From Geobacteraceae bacterium GWC2_53_11 (GTDB lineage: Bacteria; Desulfobacterota; Desulfuromonadia; Geobacterales; Pseudopelobacteraceae): a stretch of 64,000 nucleotides of DNA. The stretch is from the NCBI GenBank assembly GCA_001802645.1, contig MGZJ01000041.1, forward strand, positions 83,422 through 147,421. Reading direction: 5' to 3'. The translations under genes and the position numbers were made by a program. Every line of letters starts with the position of its first letter. Position 1 is the first letter of the stretch. Below are positions 1-9,323 of the stretch, piece after piece. Under the pieces are notes generated by a model. It saw only the letters and a list, made by a program, of their open reading frames with translations, was not told the origin of the DNA and ran no database searches.

Positions 1-49
1 CGAGGTGACTGATATGACGGCGGGGCGGGCCAAGGCCGCGCCCCTACGA

Positions 50-1483
50 TTATTGATGTTGCCACTCCTGCAAAAAAATCTTCCTGAACTCGCAGCGCCC
101 CTTCAGCTTGTAACAAAAGGCTCTCCCGCCAAAGGTGAACCGGTTCGACCAGATAGTCATGGGTACGCTTCTGGTGTAGCCTTTGCGAGTCGCTTCAATA
201 ACGTTGTTAATGCCACGCAGGAAGAAGTCCCGGTCCCCGAAATCGAATATCCCTTCCTGCTGCCACGGTTCCATGAACCAGTAGAATCCCTGGCGGATAA
301 CGTCCAGATGATCAGGCTCCATGTCGTCGGGGTCATCGAAGCGGCATGCCTTGGCTATTGAGCGATTCAAACCGGGAAGATCGCGGTCGAGTGCCGCCTG
401 GATTGCCTCATTTGAAAAGATCCAATCCTCGTCGCTTAAGGCCAGGGTACAGCCGAAGTCGATTATTCCGAGGCGGCCATCCGCCATGAAGATGAAGTTG
501 CCGGGGTGCGGGTCGGCCGGGAGCCAGTGCAGGCGGTAATAGAGCCGATAAGTAGCCACCGTCAGCAGGTGGGTGAAATGATCACGCTCCGCCTGGGCCG
601 GATTTCCGGCCAGATATTCGTCGAGATGACAACCCTGCAGGTACTCGGTGGTCAGTACCCGTTTGGTGGAGAACTCCACATAGACCTGTGGCACAACCAC
701 CCGATCCGAGGCAGTAAATGTACTCCGCGCCAGCTTACCGAAAACGGCCTCCTGCGCATAATCGGTCTCCATAAGGAGCATGCGCTCGATGTCGGCCAGT
801 TTGGCGAGAGTGTCCTGCCAGTCGATGGCCAGACAAAGCGGCTGGAGCAGGAGGCGGAGGTTGCGCAGGTCGGCTTTTATCGTTCGGGCAATACCGGGAT
901 ACTGTATTTTTACCGCCACCTCCTCACCGCTGTGCAACCGGGCGCGGTGCACCTGCCCCAGTGATGCGGCGGCAAAAGCCTGTTGGTCGAAGGAGGCAAA
1001 CATTTCCTCCGGCTCGCGATCGAATTCATCCAGAAAGACTTCCCGCACCAGTGAATAGTGCATGGGAGGAGCCTCAAAGTGCAGCGCGGAGAGGACCTCT
1101 GCAAACTCCTCCGGCACCACCTCGGGGAGATTGGCCAGCATCTGACCAATCTTCATCACTGCACCGCGCAAATAGCCCATGGTACCAAAGAGCTTCAAGG
1201 CAGCGGCAAGATGGGCCTCTCTCTTGAGACGATCTTTTTCTTCCGCATCGCTGAACCGGCTGCGCAGCCAATACGCGAAATATCCGGCGGTTACCCTGGC
1301 CTGGAGCGAACCAAGGGTCCAGATCCGGGACAATGAACTTACCGGCACTTTATTGTTGGATATGCTGGAAATAAAATGCGCCAGACGCTGCGCAGACGGA
1401 TCGGAGACACTCCCCTTCGGCAAGGCATCCAGCAGCATTTTCATCTCAACGGAATCAACTTTCCCGGCATCCTCAACCTGCAT
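50..1483 (-). CDS. ABC1/UbiB-family atypical protein kinase (AarF-domain protein)
   Basis: ORF 50..1510(-). Motifs AAASLGQVHRARL, VAVKIQYPG and ADPHPGNF are typical of ABC1/UbiB kinases. Start trimmed to ATG 1483, which is preceded by AAGGAG. Overlaps the TetR stop by 11 nt. Confidence 0.8.
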   Translation of the reverse strand: MQVEDAGKVDSVEMKMLLDALPKGSVSDPSAQRLAHFISSISNNKVPVSSLSRIWTLGSLQARVTAGYFAYWLRSRFSDAEEKDRLKREAHLAAALKLFGTMGYLRGAVMKIGQMLANLPEVVPEEFAEVLSALHFEAPPMHYSLVREVFLDEFDREPEEMFASFDQQAFAAASLGQVHRARLHSGEEVAVKIQYPGIARTIKADLRNLRLLLQPLCLAIDWQDTLAKLADIERMLLMETDYAQEAVFGKLARSTFTASDRVVVPQVYVEFSTKRVLTTEYLQGCHLDEYLAGNPAQAERDHFTHLLTVATYRLYYRLHWLPADPHPGNFIFMADGRLGIIDFGCTLALSDEDWIFSNEAIQAALDRDLPGLNRSIAKACRFDDPDDMEPDHLDVIRQGFYWFMEPWQQEGIFDFGDRDFFLRGINNVIEATRKGYTRSVPMTIWSNRFTFGGRAFCYKLKGRCEFRKIFLQEWQHQ

Positions 1484-2099
1484 GAACTTCTCCTTTGTCC
1501 GGTACGTCACCGGAAATTACCTGCACGAACATGCGGATTGAATAGTCGATCAACGACTGGGATTCTTCCTGGTTGGGGGATTCATCGTTGGTCCAGAAGG
1601 CGAGGATACCCAGATACAGGGACCAGTACATGGTCATGGCGACATAATCCGGAGCCTCGGTAAAGCCATGGCCGGCGATGATCTTTTGAACCGCGTCAAG
1701 ATGCCCCAGACGGGCCGTTTCCCCCTCCTGACAAATATTTTTTCTTGGGAACGGACTCAAGGAGCGCTCCAAAACCGGACCGAGAAATGGACGCAGGGGC
1801 CGGAGCCGGCGCAGACCGGAAGCGATAAACAGAAAAAGTTCCTCGGCAAGATCTTCTTTTCCGTTGCGGCGACGCAGGAAATCCGTACTCCCCTCGCGGA
1901 ACGCCTCTGCGATCATGCTCATCGCCAGGGTCTCTTTGCTCGGGAAATAATTGAACAGGGTGCCGGTTGCCAATCCTGCAGCCAGAGCAATGTCACGGGT
2001 CGTGGTGTCCTCGAAACCCTTGAGGGTAAAGATCTCCGCAGCTTTATCCAGGATGCGGGCACGGGTTTCTATCTTGGCTTGTTCGCTGATGCGCATCAA
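1473..2099 (-). CDS. TetR/AcrR-family transcriptional regulator
   Basis: N-terminal HTH TTTRDIALAAGLATGTLFNYFPSKE is the classic TetR signature. 208 aa. Confidence 0.85.
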   Translation of the reverse strand: MMRISEQAKIETRARILDKAAEIFTLKGFEDTTTRDIALAAGLATGTLFNYFPSKETLAMSMIAEAFREGSTDFLRRRNGKEDLAEELFLFIASGLRRLRPLRPFLGPVLERSLSPFPRKNICQEGETARLGHLDAVQKIIAGHGFTEAPDYVAMTMYWSLYLGILAFWTNDESPNQEESQSLIDYSIRMFVQVISGDVPDKGEVHAG

Positions 2100-2113
2100 T
2101 TCCCTCCATTAAT

Positions 2114-2176
2114 ATGAGCATGTTCACTATAACAACCACTCAAAGACAAAGGCAACACAAAAGTGAGCGCGCTCAC
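2114..2176. promoter_or_regulatory. Two operator-like palindromes upstream of the TetR gene
   Basis: ATGAGCATGTTCAC (2114-2127) and the perfect 14-bp palindrome GTGAGCGCGCTCAC (2163-2176). Both fit GTGA(A/G)C-NN-GCTCA(T/C). They lie 15-77 bp upstream of the TetR start. Confidence 0.4.
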
Positions 2177-2292
2177 AAAACAACAACACTCTATTCTTCT
2201 CGAATAGCGCCCTCATGAATAAAAAAAGGCTCACTATCGGATGACAGCAAGCCTTCTGGTACATTCTATGATTGCTCCGTATGGCTGAGCAG

Positions 2293-2895
2293 CTACCCGT
2301 TCAGCAGCTTCACCGTGGCCCGGCCGTCGGCATAATAGTCGATGATATTCAAACAGCCGTAAGTCTGTTCAATATTGAACATCCCCGCCAGCGGCGCACC
2401 GATGGCATTCAGCAGCACGATGCGGTTGACGCCGCCATGCCCGACCACCAGGACTTCCTGCCCCTTGTGACGCTCGACGATCTCGGCGATAACCGGCATG
2501 ACCCGCGCTTCAACGTCCAGCAGGTTTTCCCCTCCCGGCACCCGGTAGTTGACCAGGTCGTTCAGACGTGCCTGCCAGCCTTCCGGCCAGGACGCCTTTA
2601 TTTCCTGCCAGGTCAACCCCTCCCATTCGCCGATGTTCAGCTCGCGCAGTTCACGACGGCGGGTCGGCTCGATGCCGAACGATTCGCAGATAATGCCCGC
2701 GCCTGTCGTGCAGCGGGTCAGGTCGCTCGTATAGCACGCCGATATTTTTGTATCAGCCAGGCGATCTTTCAGCAGATGATACTGTTCAACGCCGTAATCG
2801 GTGAGCGCCACGTCGGTCTGGCCGTTGTAGCGGGGCTGGTCATAACCGGCCACCTGGCCGTGGCGTATGAGGTAAATGCGGGTATGCGGGGTCAT
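2293..2895 (-). CDS. cobC: Histidine-phosphatase family protein, probable alpha-ribazole phosphatase
   Basis: N-terminal RIYLIRHGQ (RHG catalytic motif), 200 aa. Last gene of the cobUTS-bza operon. Confidence 0.7.
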   Translation of the reverse strand: MTPHTRIYLIRHGQVAGYDQPRYNGQTDVALTDYGVEQYHLLKDRLADTKISACYTSDLTRCTTGAGIICESFGIEPTRRRELRELNIGEWEGLTWQEIKASWPEGWQARLNDLVNYRVPGGENLLDVEARVMPVIAEIVERHKGQEVLVVGHGGVNRIVLLNAIGAPLAGMFNIEQTYGCLNIIDYYADGRATVKLLNG

Positions 2896-2924
2896 GGGTT
2901 CAGTTCTCCTGTTGGAATTATATT

Positions 2925-4418
2925 TCAGGCAAGGATGCTTCGCAGCTGCACTATACAGGAGTTTTCCACCACGGCAAACTGTTGAGGAAGCCGATTTTCG
3001 GCTGCAGAGCAGAACGCCATGAAGGCCTCTTTCAGAATAATATTGACCTCTTCCCGGCTGAACAGTTTTGGAGTTCCCGGATTAGCCGGACCGCCTCCGA
3101 TGCCGGAGCCATCCCGCCGGATCGCAGCCATTCGCGTAAAGTATTCGGATGTCAGTCGTCCCATAGCCTTGCAGACCAGCCCTACCCGCTCGTCCCGAAA
3201 CCGGTAACCGGCCTCGAAGGGAAGATGCCCTTCCACCAGCAAGCGTCCCTCCTGCTCGAAGCGTTGCCAAGCCGCCGAACCGTGCAGTACGATCTGATTG
3301 TGATAGAGCAGGTTGGCGGTCAAGTCATGGTCGGTCAGCAGCCCCAGTCCGTCAAGAAAGGAGAAGTTTTCTTTCAGCTCATCAAGGGTGGTATCAGGTT
3401 CGAACATGATGAAGCCGATATTCAGCCTCATCCCGCTTTCCCGGACGATGCGCACCCCACGGCGGATCTGTTCCGTGCTGATCCGTTTGCCGATCCGCTC
3501 AAGCACGCTGCCGGAGCCGGACTCGATGCCGAGAAAAACCGAGGTTGCGCCGTTGCCGGTCAGAGTCGTCATCAGACGTTCATCAAGACTGTCCACCCTT
3601 GTTTCGAAACCGAAGGGAAGCCCGACGCGCGCTGCCATCAGGCCAATGGCCCCGACCCGCTCCCGTTCCTTGTCTCCCTGGCCGATGAAGGTCGGATCGA
3701 TAAAGTAGAGGCTCTTGATGTCGCGTCGCGACAGGCGGGTTTCCAGCTCCCGCTCCAGCGAAACAACATCGCGAGTCCGGCGGCTACTGCAGCCGTAGTA
3801 GCGGTGAATGAAGCAGAAGCTGCACGTGCCGTAGCAGCCGCGGCTGGCGGCAATGTTCAGGGTCGGGTAATCGCAGTTGGCGCCGACATCGTCCGGCACG
3901 GGAAGGCGGGAAAGATCGGCGATCAGCCGGCGGGGCACAAACTTCTCATCACGCAGGGCGACACCCGGCTGCGCCGTAATCGAGCGCCGCGCCACAAACA
4001 GGGTCAATAGCTCCGCCAGCGTGCCCTCAAATTCTCCCGCAAGGATGAAGTCAAGCTGCGGGGCGAACTGCAGGAGGCGATTACGGGAAAGAGTGGGAAA
4101 CAGGCCGAAGGCGCCGAGCGAGGCGGCATTTTCCCGGCGCAGCAGTTCGAGAACCGTGCGGACCCGCTCTTCATGCCCCCAGGAGTAGACCCAGTGGAAC
4201 AGGACGATATCGGCGGCCTCGGACCGGATACGGGCTGCGATGGCAGCTGCGTCATCGCTCCCGGAGCTGAAATCCAGATAAGCCGTGTCCCACCCGGCCC
4301 GGCGGGCAACGGCCAGCGCATAGCCGCTATTCAGGCTGGCCGACAGCGGCGCATTGGCCACGTCGTTGTAATGCTCCACCGTCAGGGGGCGGGGATTTTC
4401 GACAATGACGATTTTCAT
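2925..4418 (-). CDS. B12-binding-domain radical SAM enzyme (BzaD/BzaE-like benzimidazole C-methyltransferase candidate)
   Basis: N-terminal B12-binding-like domain and the radical SAM motif CYGTCSFC (Cx3Cx2C). Its start lies 3 nt downstream of the stop of the BzaC-like gene. Confidence 0.6.
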   Translation of the reverse strand: MKIVIVENPRPLTVEHYNDVANAPLSASLNSGYALAVARRAGWDTAYLDFSSGSDDAAAIAARIRSEAADIVLFHWVYSWGHEERVRTVLELLRRENAASLGAFGLFPTLSRNRLLQFAPQLDFILAGEFEGTLAELLTLFVARRSITAQPGVALRDEKFVPRRLIADLSRLPVPDDVGANCDYPTLNIAASRGCYGTCSFCFIHRYYGCSSRRTRDVVSLERELETRLSRRDIKSLYFIDPTFIGQGDKERERVGAIGLMAARVGLPFGFETRVDSLDERLMTTLTGNGATSVFLGIESGSGSVLERIGKRISTEQIRRGVRIVRESGMRLNIGFIMFEPDTTLDELKENFSFLDGLGLLTDHDLTANLLYHNQIVLHGSAAWQRFEQEGRLLVEGHLPFEAGYRFRDERVGLVCKAMGRLTSEYFTRMAAIRRDGSGIGGGPANPGTPKLFSREEVNIILKEAFMAFCSAAENRLPQQFAVVENSCIVQLRSILA

Positions 4419-4421
4419 GGT

Positions 4422-5942
4422 TTAGTCCACCAGCACCAAGCCGACATACTGCACAAAATCATCGCTGTTACGCAGCGGCGCGAGCGGAATGCCGCAGCTC
4501 TCCGCCAAGGCAAAGACATCGCAACCGCACGACTCAAGTGACGGCCTCCTCTTTTCCGGGAAGCGGCACCGTGTGTCATCACAGCTCTCGCACCAGCTGC
4601 AGGGACCGCCGCTGAAAACCAGCGCCTTCTTGAACCCGCCCAGAAACGCCTCCCGTTCCAACCCCAGCAGATTTTCCTGAAAATCGCGCAGCGGCGGCTG
4701 TCCGGCCACCAGCAACGCCCGTGAGTAACACCCCAACAGCTCCTCGAAACCGCCCTGATCCATCGCGTGGGGGGGACAACTCCAACGCGTGCCGTACTGC
4801 GAACAGCCGTAGGCACATTTGGCCCGAACCCACGCCTCGCTGCGGATGCGGGCCGGGTCCAGCTCGACGGCGGCATAGAAGCCATGGGACAGGGCGTGAC
4901 TTTTCAGGGCAAAGAGTGAAGCCGACTGATAGGGGGTGCTGCGTGTGGCGATGATGGCAAGAGAAGCGGAGGGAAGTTCGATGGCCACATGATGTCCGAA
5001 TCCGGCGCTGTGCAGCATCCCTGCGGTTTCGGCTGTGGTGTAGCTGCGTCCGTTCCAGGTATTGACCAGCATGTGCAGGTCGTACAGTGCGCCGAAACTA
5101 TTGGCATCGCGGAAGAAGTCATGGACAATCAGCAGGCCGTCATCCGCTAGCAGCTCTCCGGCCTGCAGCAGCAAGGCCTCGTTTTCGGCCGTGTCGTAGC
5201 AGTGGCAGATGTTGGAGAACAGCAGGAGATCTGCTTGGGCATGGTAACCGGCTACCAGAGCGGCCAACTCCTGCCGGTCCAGGATGTTGCAGGGATAAAA
5301 GAGCAGGTTATCAGGGATTGCATCAACTGCAACCCGTGAACAGACGTCCGGCAGGTCGCAGGCAATCCCCTGCCAGAGCGGATGCCGCGCCAGAAATTCA
5401 CGCAGATAGGTGCCGTCCCCGGCACCGATGTCGATGATGGTGCCCCGTTCCGGCACCAGGGTGACGGCATCCCACAACTCCAGGCAGCGGACCTGCGCCG
5501 CCTCGGCCATGGCCTGCTGGAAGAGCTGCAACCGCTCCCGGTATTCAGCGGTTGACTGCTCGCGGATCAAGGCCCCCTGCCCTTCATGAAGAACGGTTCC
5601 CAGCTTGCGCCAGTGTTCCATCAGTATCGGTTCGAACTCGATGACATGCCGCTGGCTGGTGGCGCTAGACCGGCCGAGATAGCTCCTGCTGAAGCGCGAG
5701 AGAAAGAGTTGCCCTTCATACCGTTCCAGCAGCCCGGCATTCACCAGCAGGTCGATGAAACGCCCCCCTTCCTCCGTTTTCAGCCCGGTCGCTACCTGCA
5801 GTTCATCAAGAGTGCGCGCTCCTTCATCCAACAGGTCGATGATGCCCGAACTGACTGCCTCAGCAATGACGCAGAACATGCGGTAGCCGCTTGTCAGGTC
5901 ACAGAAGGTGCGGTAGGAATTGTCGGAGGGGAGAATTTTCAT
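4422..5942 (-). CDS. O-methyltransferase (winged-helix + SAM-binding IIDIGAGDGTY) fused to a Cys-rich DUF2284-like metal-binding domain; BzaC-like
   Basis: ORF 4422..5954 starts at TTG; the ATG at 5942 is preferred. C-terminal Cys clusters CAYGCSQYGTRWSCPP and CSWCESCDDTRC. Sits between the ThiC-like gene and the B12-rSAM gene. Confidence 0.6.
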   Translation of the reverse strand: MKILPSDNSYRTFCDLTSGYRMFCVIAEAVSSGIIDLLDEGARTLDELQVATGLKTEEGGRFIDLLVNAGLLERYEGQLFLSRFSRSYLGRSSATSQRHVIEFEPILMEHWRKLGTVLHEGQGALIREQSTAEYRERLQLFQQAMAEAAQVRCLELWDAVTLVPERGTIIDIGAGDGTYLREFLARHPLWQGIACDLPDVCSRVAVDAIPDNLLFYPCNILDRQELAALVAGYHAQADLLLFSNICHCYDTAENEALLLQAGELLADDGLLIVHDFFRDANSFGALYDLHMLVNTWNGRSYTTAETAGMLHSAGFGHHVAIELPSASLAIIATRSTPYQSASLFALKSHALSHGFYAAVELDPARIRSEAWVRAKCAYGCSQYGTRWSCPPHAMDQGGFEELLGCYSRALLVAGQPPLRDFQENLLGLEREAFLGGFKKALVFSGGPCSWCESCDDTRCRFPEKRRPSLESCGCDVFALAESCGIPLAPLRNSDDFVQYVGLVLVD

Positions 5943-5973
5943 GGTGAGTGGCAACTTTCACAAATGAACGGAA

Positions 5974-6081
5974 GTCCCCCCTCCCCTTGCGGGAGGGGGT
6001 CAGGGGGTGGGGGAGTTTGCCACATTCGCTCAATTGCCAGATTCACCCACCCCTTAATCCCCTCCCGTCAAGGGAGGGGAA
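5974..6081. repeat. REP-like composite palindromic element (inverted pair of a CCCCTCC-loop-GGAGGGG + GGGGGTGG unit)
   Basis: Hairpin CCCCCCTCCCC-ttgc-GGGAGGGGG followed by GGGGGTGGGGG, then CCCACCCC followed by hairpin TCCCCTCCC-gtcaa-GGGAGGGGA. The same unit family recurs at 34225-34296. Confidence 0.6.
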
Positions 6082-6087
6082 ATATCA

Positions 6088-7395
6088 CTAAATCTTGTCC
6101 CCTCGTAGATCGCAGGCGAACAGCTTCCCCGCCCCGCGCGATGCGCAGAAGTCGCCGCACATGGTACAGGTAGCCTCGTCCTCCGGGGTGCGGCTGGCGC
6201 GGATGGCACGGGCATCCTCCGGGTAGAGCGCCAGCTGGAACTGTTTCTCCCAGTTCAGGTCGCGGCGGGCCTTTGACATCTCCTTGTCGCGCTGCCGCCC
6301 TTTTTCCGGGTACTTGTTCATGTCGCCGATGTAGGCCGCAATCTTGGCCGCCTTGACTCCCATCCGCACATCTTCCTCGTTGGGGAGTGCCAGATGTTCG
6401 GCCGGAGTGATGTAGCAGATCAGGTCGGCCCCGAAACGGCTCGACTGGGCCGCGCCGATGGCGGCGGTGATATGGTCGAAACCGGGAGCAACGTCGGTGG
6501 CAATAGGCCCGAGCATGTAGTAGGGCGCGCCGCCGCTCATCCGTTTCTGCAATTGAATATTCCCTTCAATCTCGTCCAGCGGCACATGCCCCGGCCCCTC
6601 CACCAGCATCTGGCACCCCATGTCGCGCCCGATCTCGGCCAGTTCGCAGTTAAAGAGAAGCTCCTGGATCTGGGCCCGGTCGGAAGAGTCGTGGATCGCC
6701 CCTGCCCTGAGTCCGTTGCCGAGCGAGAGCACCGTATCGTACTTTTTCAGGATCGAGACCACCCGGTCAAAGTGTTCGTAGAGCGGGTTTTCACGGTTAT
6801 TGGCAATCATCCAGGCGACCATGGATACGCCACCCTTGCTGACCAGCCCGCCGTACCGGTACCCCTGCTTGCGCAACCGCTCGACCGTGCAGAGGTTGAT
6901 GCCGCAATGCACCGCCATGAAGGCCATGCCGTCGGCACACTGCCGTTCGATGATGTCGAACAGCATCTCCTCGTCCAGCTTGTTCGGGTCGCCGTATTTC
7001 CGCGCCGCTTCGCAGAACGCCTGGTAGAGCGGCACGTTGCCGACCGGCAGATCAACGGCGGCAATGACTTCGCGCCGGACCCGGTCCAGATCGCCGCCGA
7101 CGGACAGCTCCATCAGGGTATCGGCCCCCGACTCCTGAGCGATCCGCGCCTTGCGCACTTCGGCATCGTAGTCGATGATGTCCGAGGAGGTGCCGATGGA
7201 GGCGTTGACCTTGGTGGACAGCCCTTTGCCGATACCGACTGCCTGCGGTTTGCGGTTATGGTTCCAGGGAATGACGATTTTCCCTTCGGCAACCATCTGC
7301 ATTACGTATTCCGGGGTCAGTTCTTCCTTGAGGGCAACGGCGGCAATCTGTGGGGTGATGATGCCCTGACGGGCCTGTTCGATCTGGGTTTGCAT
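6088..7395 (-). CDS. bzaF: ThiC-family radical SAM enzyme, probable 5-hydroxybenzimidazole synthase (BzaF-like)
   Basis: 435 aa with ThiC-like sequence throughout and the C-terminal CTMCGDFC Fe-S motif. Embedded between cobS and the BzaC-like gene under a cobalamin (not TPP) riboswitch. ThiC proper cannot be excluded from sequence alone. Confidence 0.6.
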   Translation of the reverse strand: MQTQIEQARQGIITPQIAAVALKEELTPEYVMQMVAEGKIVIPWNHNRKPQAVGIGKGLSTKVNASIGTSSDIIDYDAEVRKARIAQESGADTLMELSVGGDLDRVRREVIAAVDLPVGNVPLYQAFCEAARKYGDPNKLDEEMLFDIIERQCADGMAFMAVHCGINLCTVERLRKQGYRYGGLVSKGGVSMVAWMIANNRENPLYEHFDRVVSILKKYDTVLSLGNGLRAGAIHDSSDRAQIQELLFNCELAEIGRDMGCQMLVEGPGHVPLDEIEGNIQLQKRMSGGAPYYMLGPIATDVAPGFDHITAAIGAAQSSRFGADLICYITPAEHLALPNEEDVRMGVKAAKIAAYIGDMNKYPEKGRQRDKEMSKARRDLNWEKQFQLALYPEDARAIRASRTPEDEATCTMCGDFCASRGAGKLFACDLRGDKI

Positions 7396-7424
7396 GTAAT
7401 GGATTCCTTGTGTGAGATGATGTG

Positions 7425-7505
7425 GCTTCGACTTCGCTCAGCCAACGATTACCGGCTCCGCTCAGCCAGCGGTGATAGCGCCGTTCCCTGAGCGGAGTCG
7501 AAGGG
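7425..7505. repeat. Long intercistronic hairpin / REP-like element between bzaF-like and cobS
   Basis: GCTTCGACTTCGCTCAGCC (7425-7443) pairs with CCTGAGCGGAGTCGAAGGG (7487-7505). There is an internal copy GGCTCCGCTCAGCC (7454-7467). Confidence 0.5.
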
Positions 7506-7507
7506 CA

Positions 7508-8242
7508 CTACGGAAGTGCCGATAAAACGATAAGCACCAGTATTTCGTTAAGTTCGCTGATGCAACCGACCGTATCGCCGGTCAATCCCCCCAGCCGGCG
7601 CTGGAAGAACATCCGCCCCGCGACCGTCAGCAGACAAACCGCGGCAAGGGGGATAAACCCGGCAGCGCCGAAAAGCCAGAAGGCGGCACCGGCAGCAGTC
7701 GCAAGTGCCACCACCAGCGGCACCGTACCCGCTCCCTGAACAAACGCCGCCCCCAAACCATCCTGACGGGCATGACGGGCACCGGTCAGCGTCAGCACCT
7801 GACCGAAACGGGCCAGCGCCGGAAAGAGCAACAGAGCCTGCCACTTGTATTCAAGCGGCACCGCCACCAGCGCCTGCCATTTGAGCAGCAGCCCAAGCAC
7901 CAGCCCGACTGCGCCCACAGCACCTACCTGCGAATCCTTCATGACCGCCAGGAAACGTTCCCGGCCGCCGCGTGCCGCCAATCCGTCGCACACATCGGCC
8001 AGACCATCCAGATGCAGACCGCCGGTCAGCGCGGCCAGCGCGGTAACCAGCAGGGCGTCGCACAGCGGGCGTGCCAGCCACGGGGCAAGCAGCCAGTTCA
8101 TCCCGGCCAGCAGCGCGCCGATCGTTAACCCTGCCAACGGAAAGAGCGCGGTTGACCGGCCCAGATCCTCTTTTTCGCACCGCACGGAAAAAGGGAGCGG
8201 AATGATCGTCAAAAACTGCAATGTGATGATGTAGAATCTCAT
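7508..8242 (-). CDS. cobS: Adenosylcobinamide-GDP ribazoletransferase (cobalamin synthase)
   Basis: 244-aa polytopic membrane protein with the CobS-typical LTGGLHLDGLADVCDG motif. Its start overlaps the cobT stop. Confidence 0.85.
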   Translation of the reverse strand: MRFYIITLQFLTIIPLPFSVRCEKEDLGRSTALFPLAGLTIGALLAGMNWLLAPWLARPLCDALLVTALAALTGGLHLDGLADVCDGLAARGGRERFLAVMKDSQVGAVGAVGLVLGLLLKWQALVAVPLEYKWQALLLFPALARFGQVLTLTGARHARQDGLGAAFVQGAGTVPLVVALATAAGAAFWLFGAAGFIPLAAVCLLTVAGRMFFQRRLGGLTGDTVGCISELNEILVLIVLSALP

Positions 8243-9294
8243 TACCCCTGCGAGACCCCGGCCTGTTCAAAGGTCGCCATCTCTTTCAATATTTTTACGC
8301 CCGCTTCTATCAGCGTCATGGCCAGCGCTGCCCCGGTCCCTTCCCCCAGACGGAATTTGAGATCGAGAATAGGTTCAACACCGATCCGTTCCAGCATGAA
8401 GCTATGACCGATTTCCACGGATTCGTGGGCAGCGAAGATGTAGTCACGCACATTGGGGTGCAGTTCCGAGGCGATCAATGCACCGGCGGTGGAAATGAAA
8501 CCGTCAATCACCACCGGGATCGAATTGGCAGCACAGCCAAGAACCAGGCCGGCGATAGCCGCAATTTCCAGGCCGCCGACTTTGGCCAGCACATCCAGCG
8601 GATCGTTCGGGTCGGGCTTGTTGAGCGCCAGCCCCTGCTCGATGACGCGAACCTTGTTGAGCAGCGCCGCGTCGCCGATGCCGGTGCCGCGATGGGTCAC
8701 TTCGGCCACGGTTTTGCCGGAAAGAGCGGCGATGATGGCCGATGACGGCGTCGTGTTGCCGATCCCCATTTCACCGGTGCCTACCAGACCGATCCCTTCG
8801 GCACGGCACTGCTGCGCCAGCTCGATGCCGACCGTCAAGGCGGCAATCATTTCTTCGCGACTCATGGCAGGGCCTTTGGCAAAGTTTTTCGTGCCCCGGG
8901 CAACCTTCTTTTGTATCAGACCGGGCGTTTCGGCAAAATCGTAATCGACCCCCACGTCAACAACCCGCACATCGGCGCCGACATGGCGGGCCAGCACGTT
9001 GATCCCGGCGCCGCCGGCAAGGAAATTCAGCACCATCTGCGGAGTAACTTCGCGCGGAAACAGGGAGACCCCCTCTTCCGTAACACCGTGGTCACCGGCA
9101 AAGGTGAAGACTACTTTTTTTGAAATATCAGGATTCTGGTTGCCGCTGATGGCAGCAATGCGTCGGGCAAATTCCTCAAGCCGGCCCAGTGAACCAAGCG
9201 GTTTGGTTTTGTTGTCGAGTCTTGTCTGAGCCTGCTGCAGCAGTTCCTGACTGACCGGTTTGATCTGTGCGAGTGTGTTGTTGATGATATCCAC
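8242..9294 (-). CDS. cobT: Nicotinate-nucleotide--dimethylbenzimidazole phosphoribosyltransferase
   Basis: 350 aa with CobT signatures [12 protein letters not shown] and [11 protein letters not shown]. Confidence 0.9.
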   Translation of the reverse strand: MDIINNTLAQIKPVSQELLQQAQTRLDNKTKPLGSLGRLEEFARRIAAISGNQNPDISKKVVFTFAGDHGVTEEGVSLFPREVTPQMVLNFLAGGAGINVLARHVGADVRVVDVGVDYDFAETPGLIQKKVARGTKNFAKGPAMSREEMIAALTVGIELAQQCRAEGIGLVGTGEMGIGNTTPSSAIIAALSGKTVAEVTHRGTGIGDAALLNKVRVIEQGLALNKPDPNDPLDVLAKVGGLEIAAIAGLVLGCAANSIPVVIDGFISTAGALIASELHPNVRDYIFAAHESVEIGHSFMLERIGVEPILDLKFRLGEGTGAALAMTLIEAGVKILKEMATFEQAGVSQG

Positions 9295-9323
9295 TGGTAA
9301 TCTCCTTAACTTTTTTTGATACG

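Noticed and set aside
6088-7395. Annotating the ThiC-like gene as thiamine HMP-P synthase
   Set aside because: There is no TPP riboswitch or thi genes nearby. The gene sits inside a cobalamin-riboswitch operon next to cobT/S and BzaC-like genes. This remains an unverified call.
6394-7491. 365-aa plus-strand ORF
   Set aside because: Shadow ORF opposite the ThiC-like gene.
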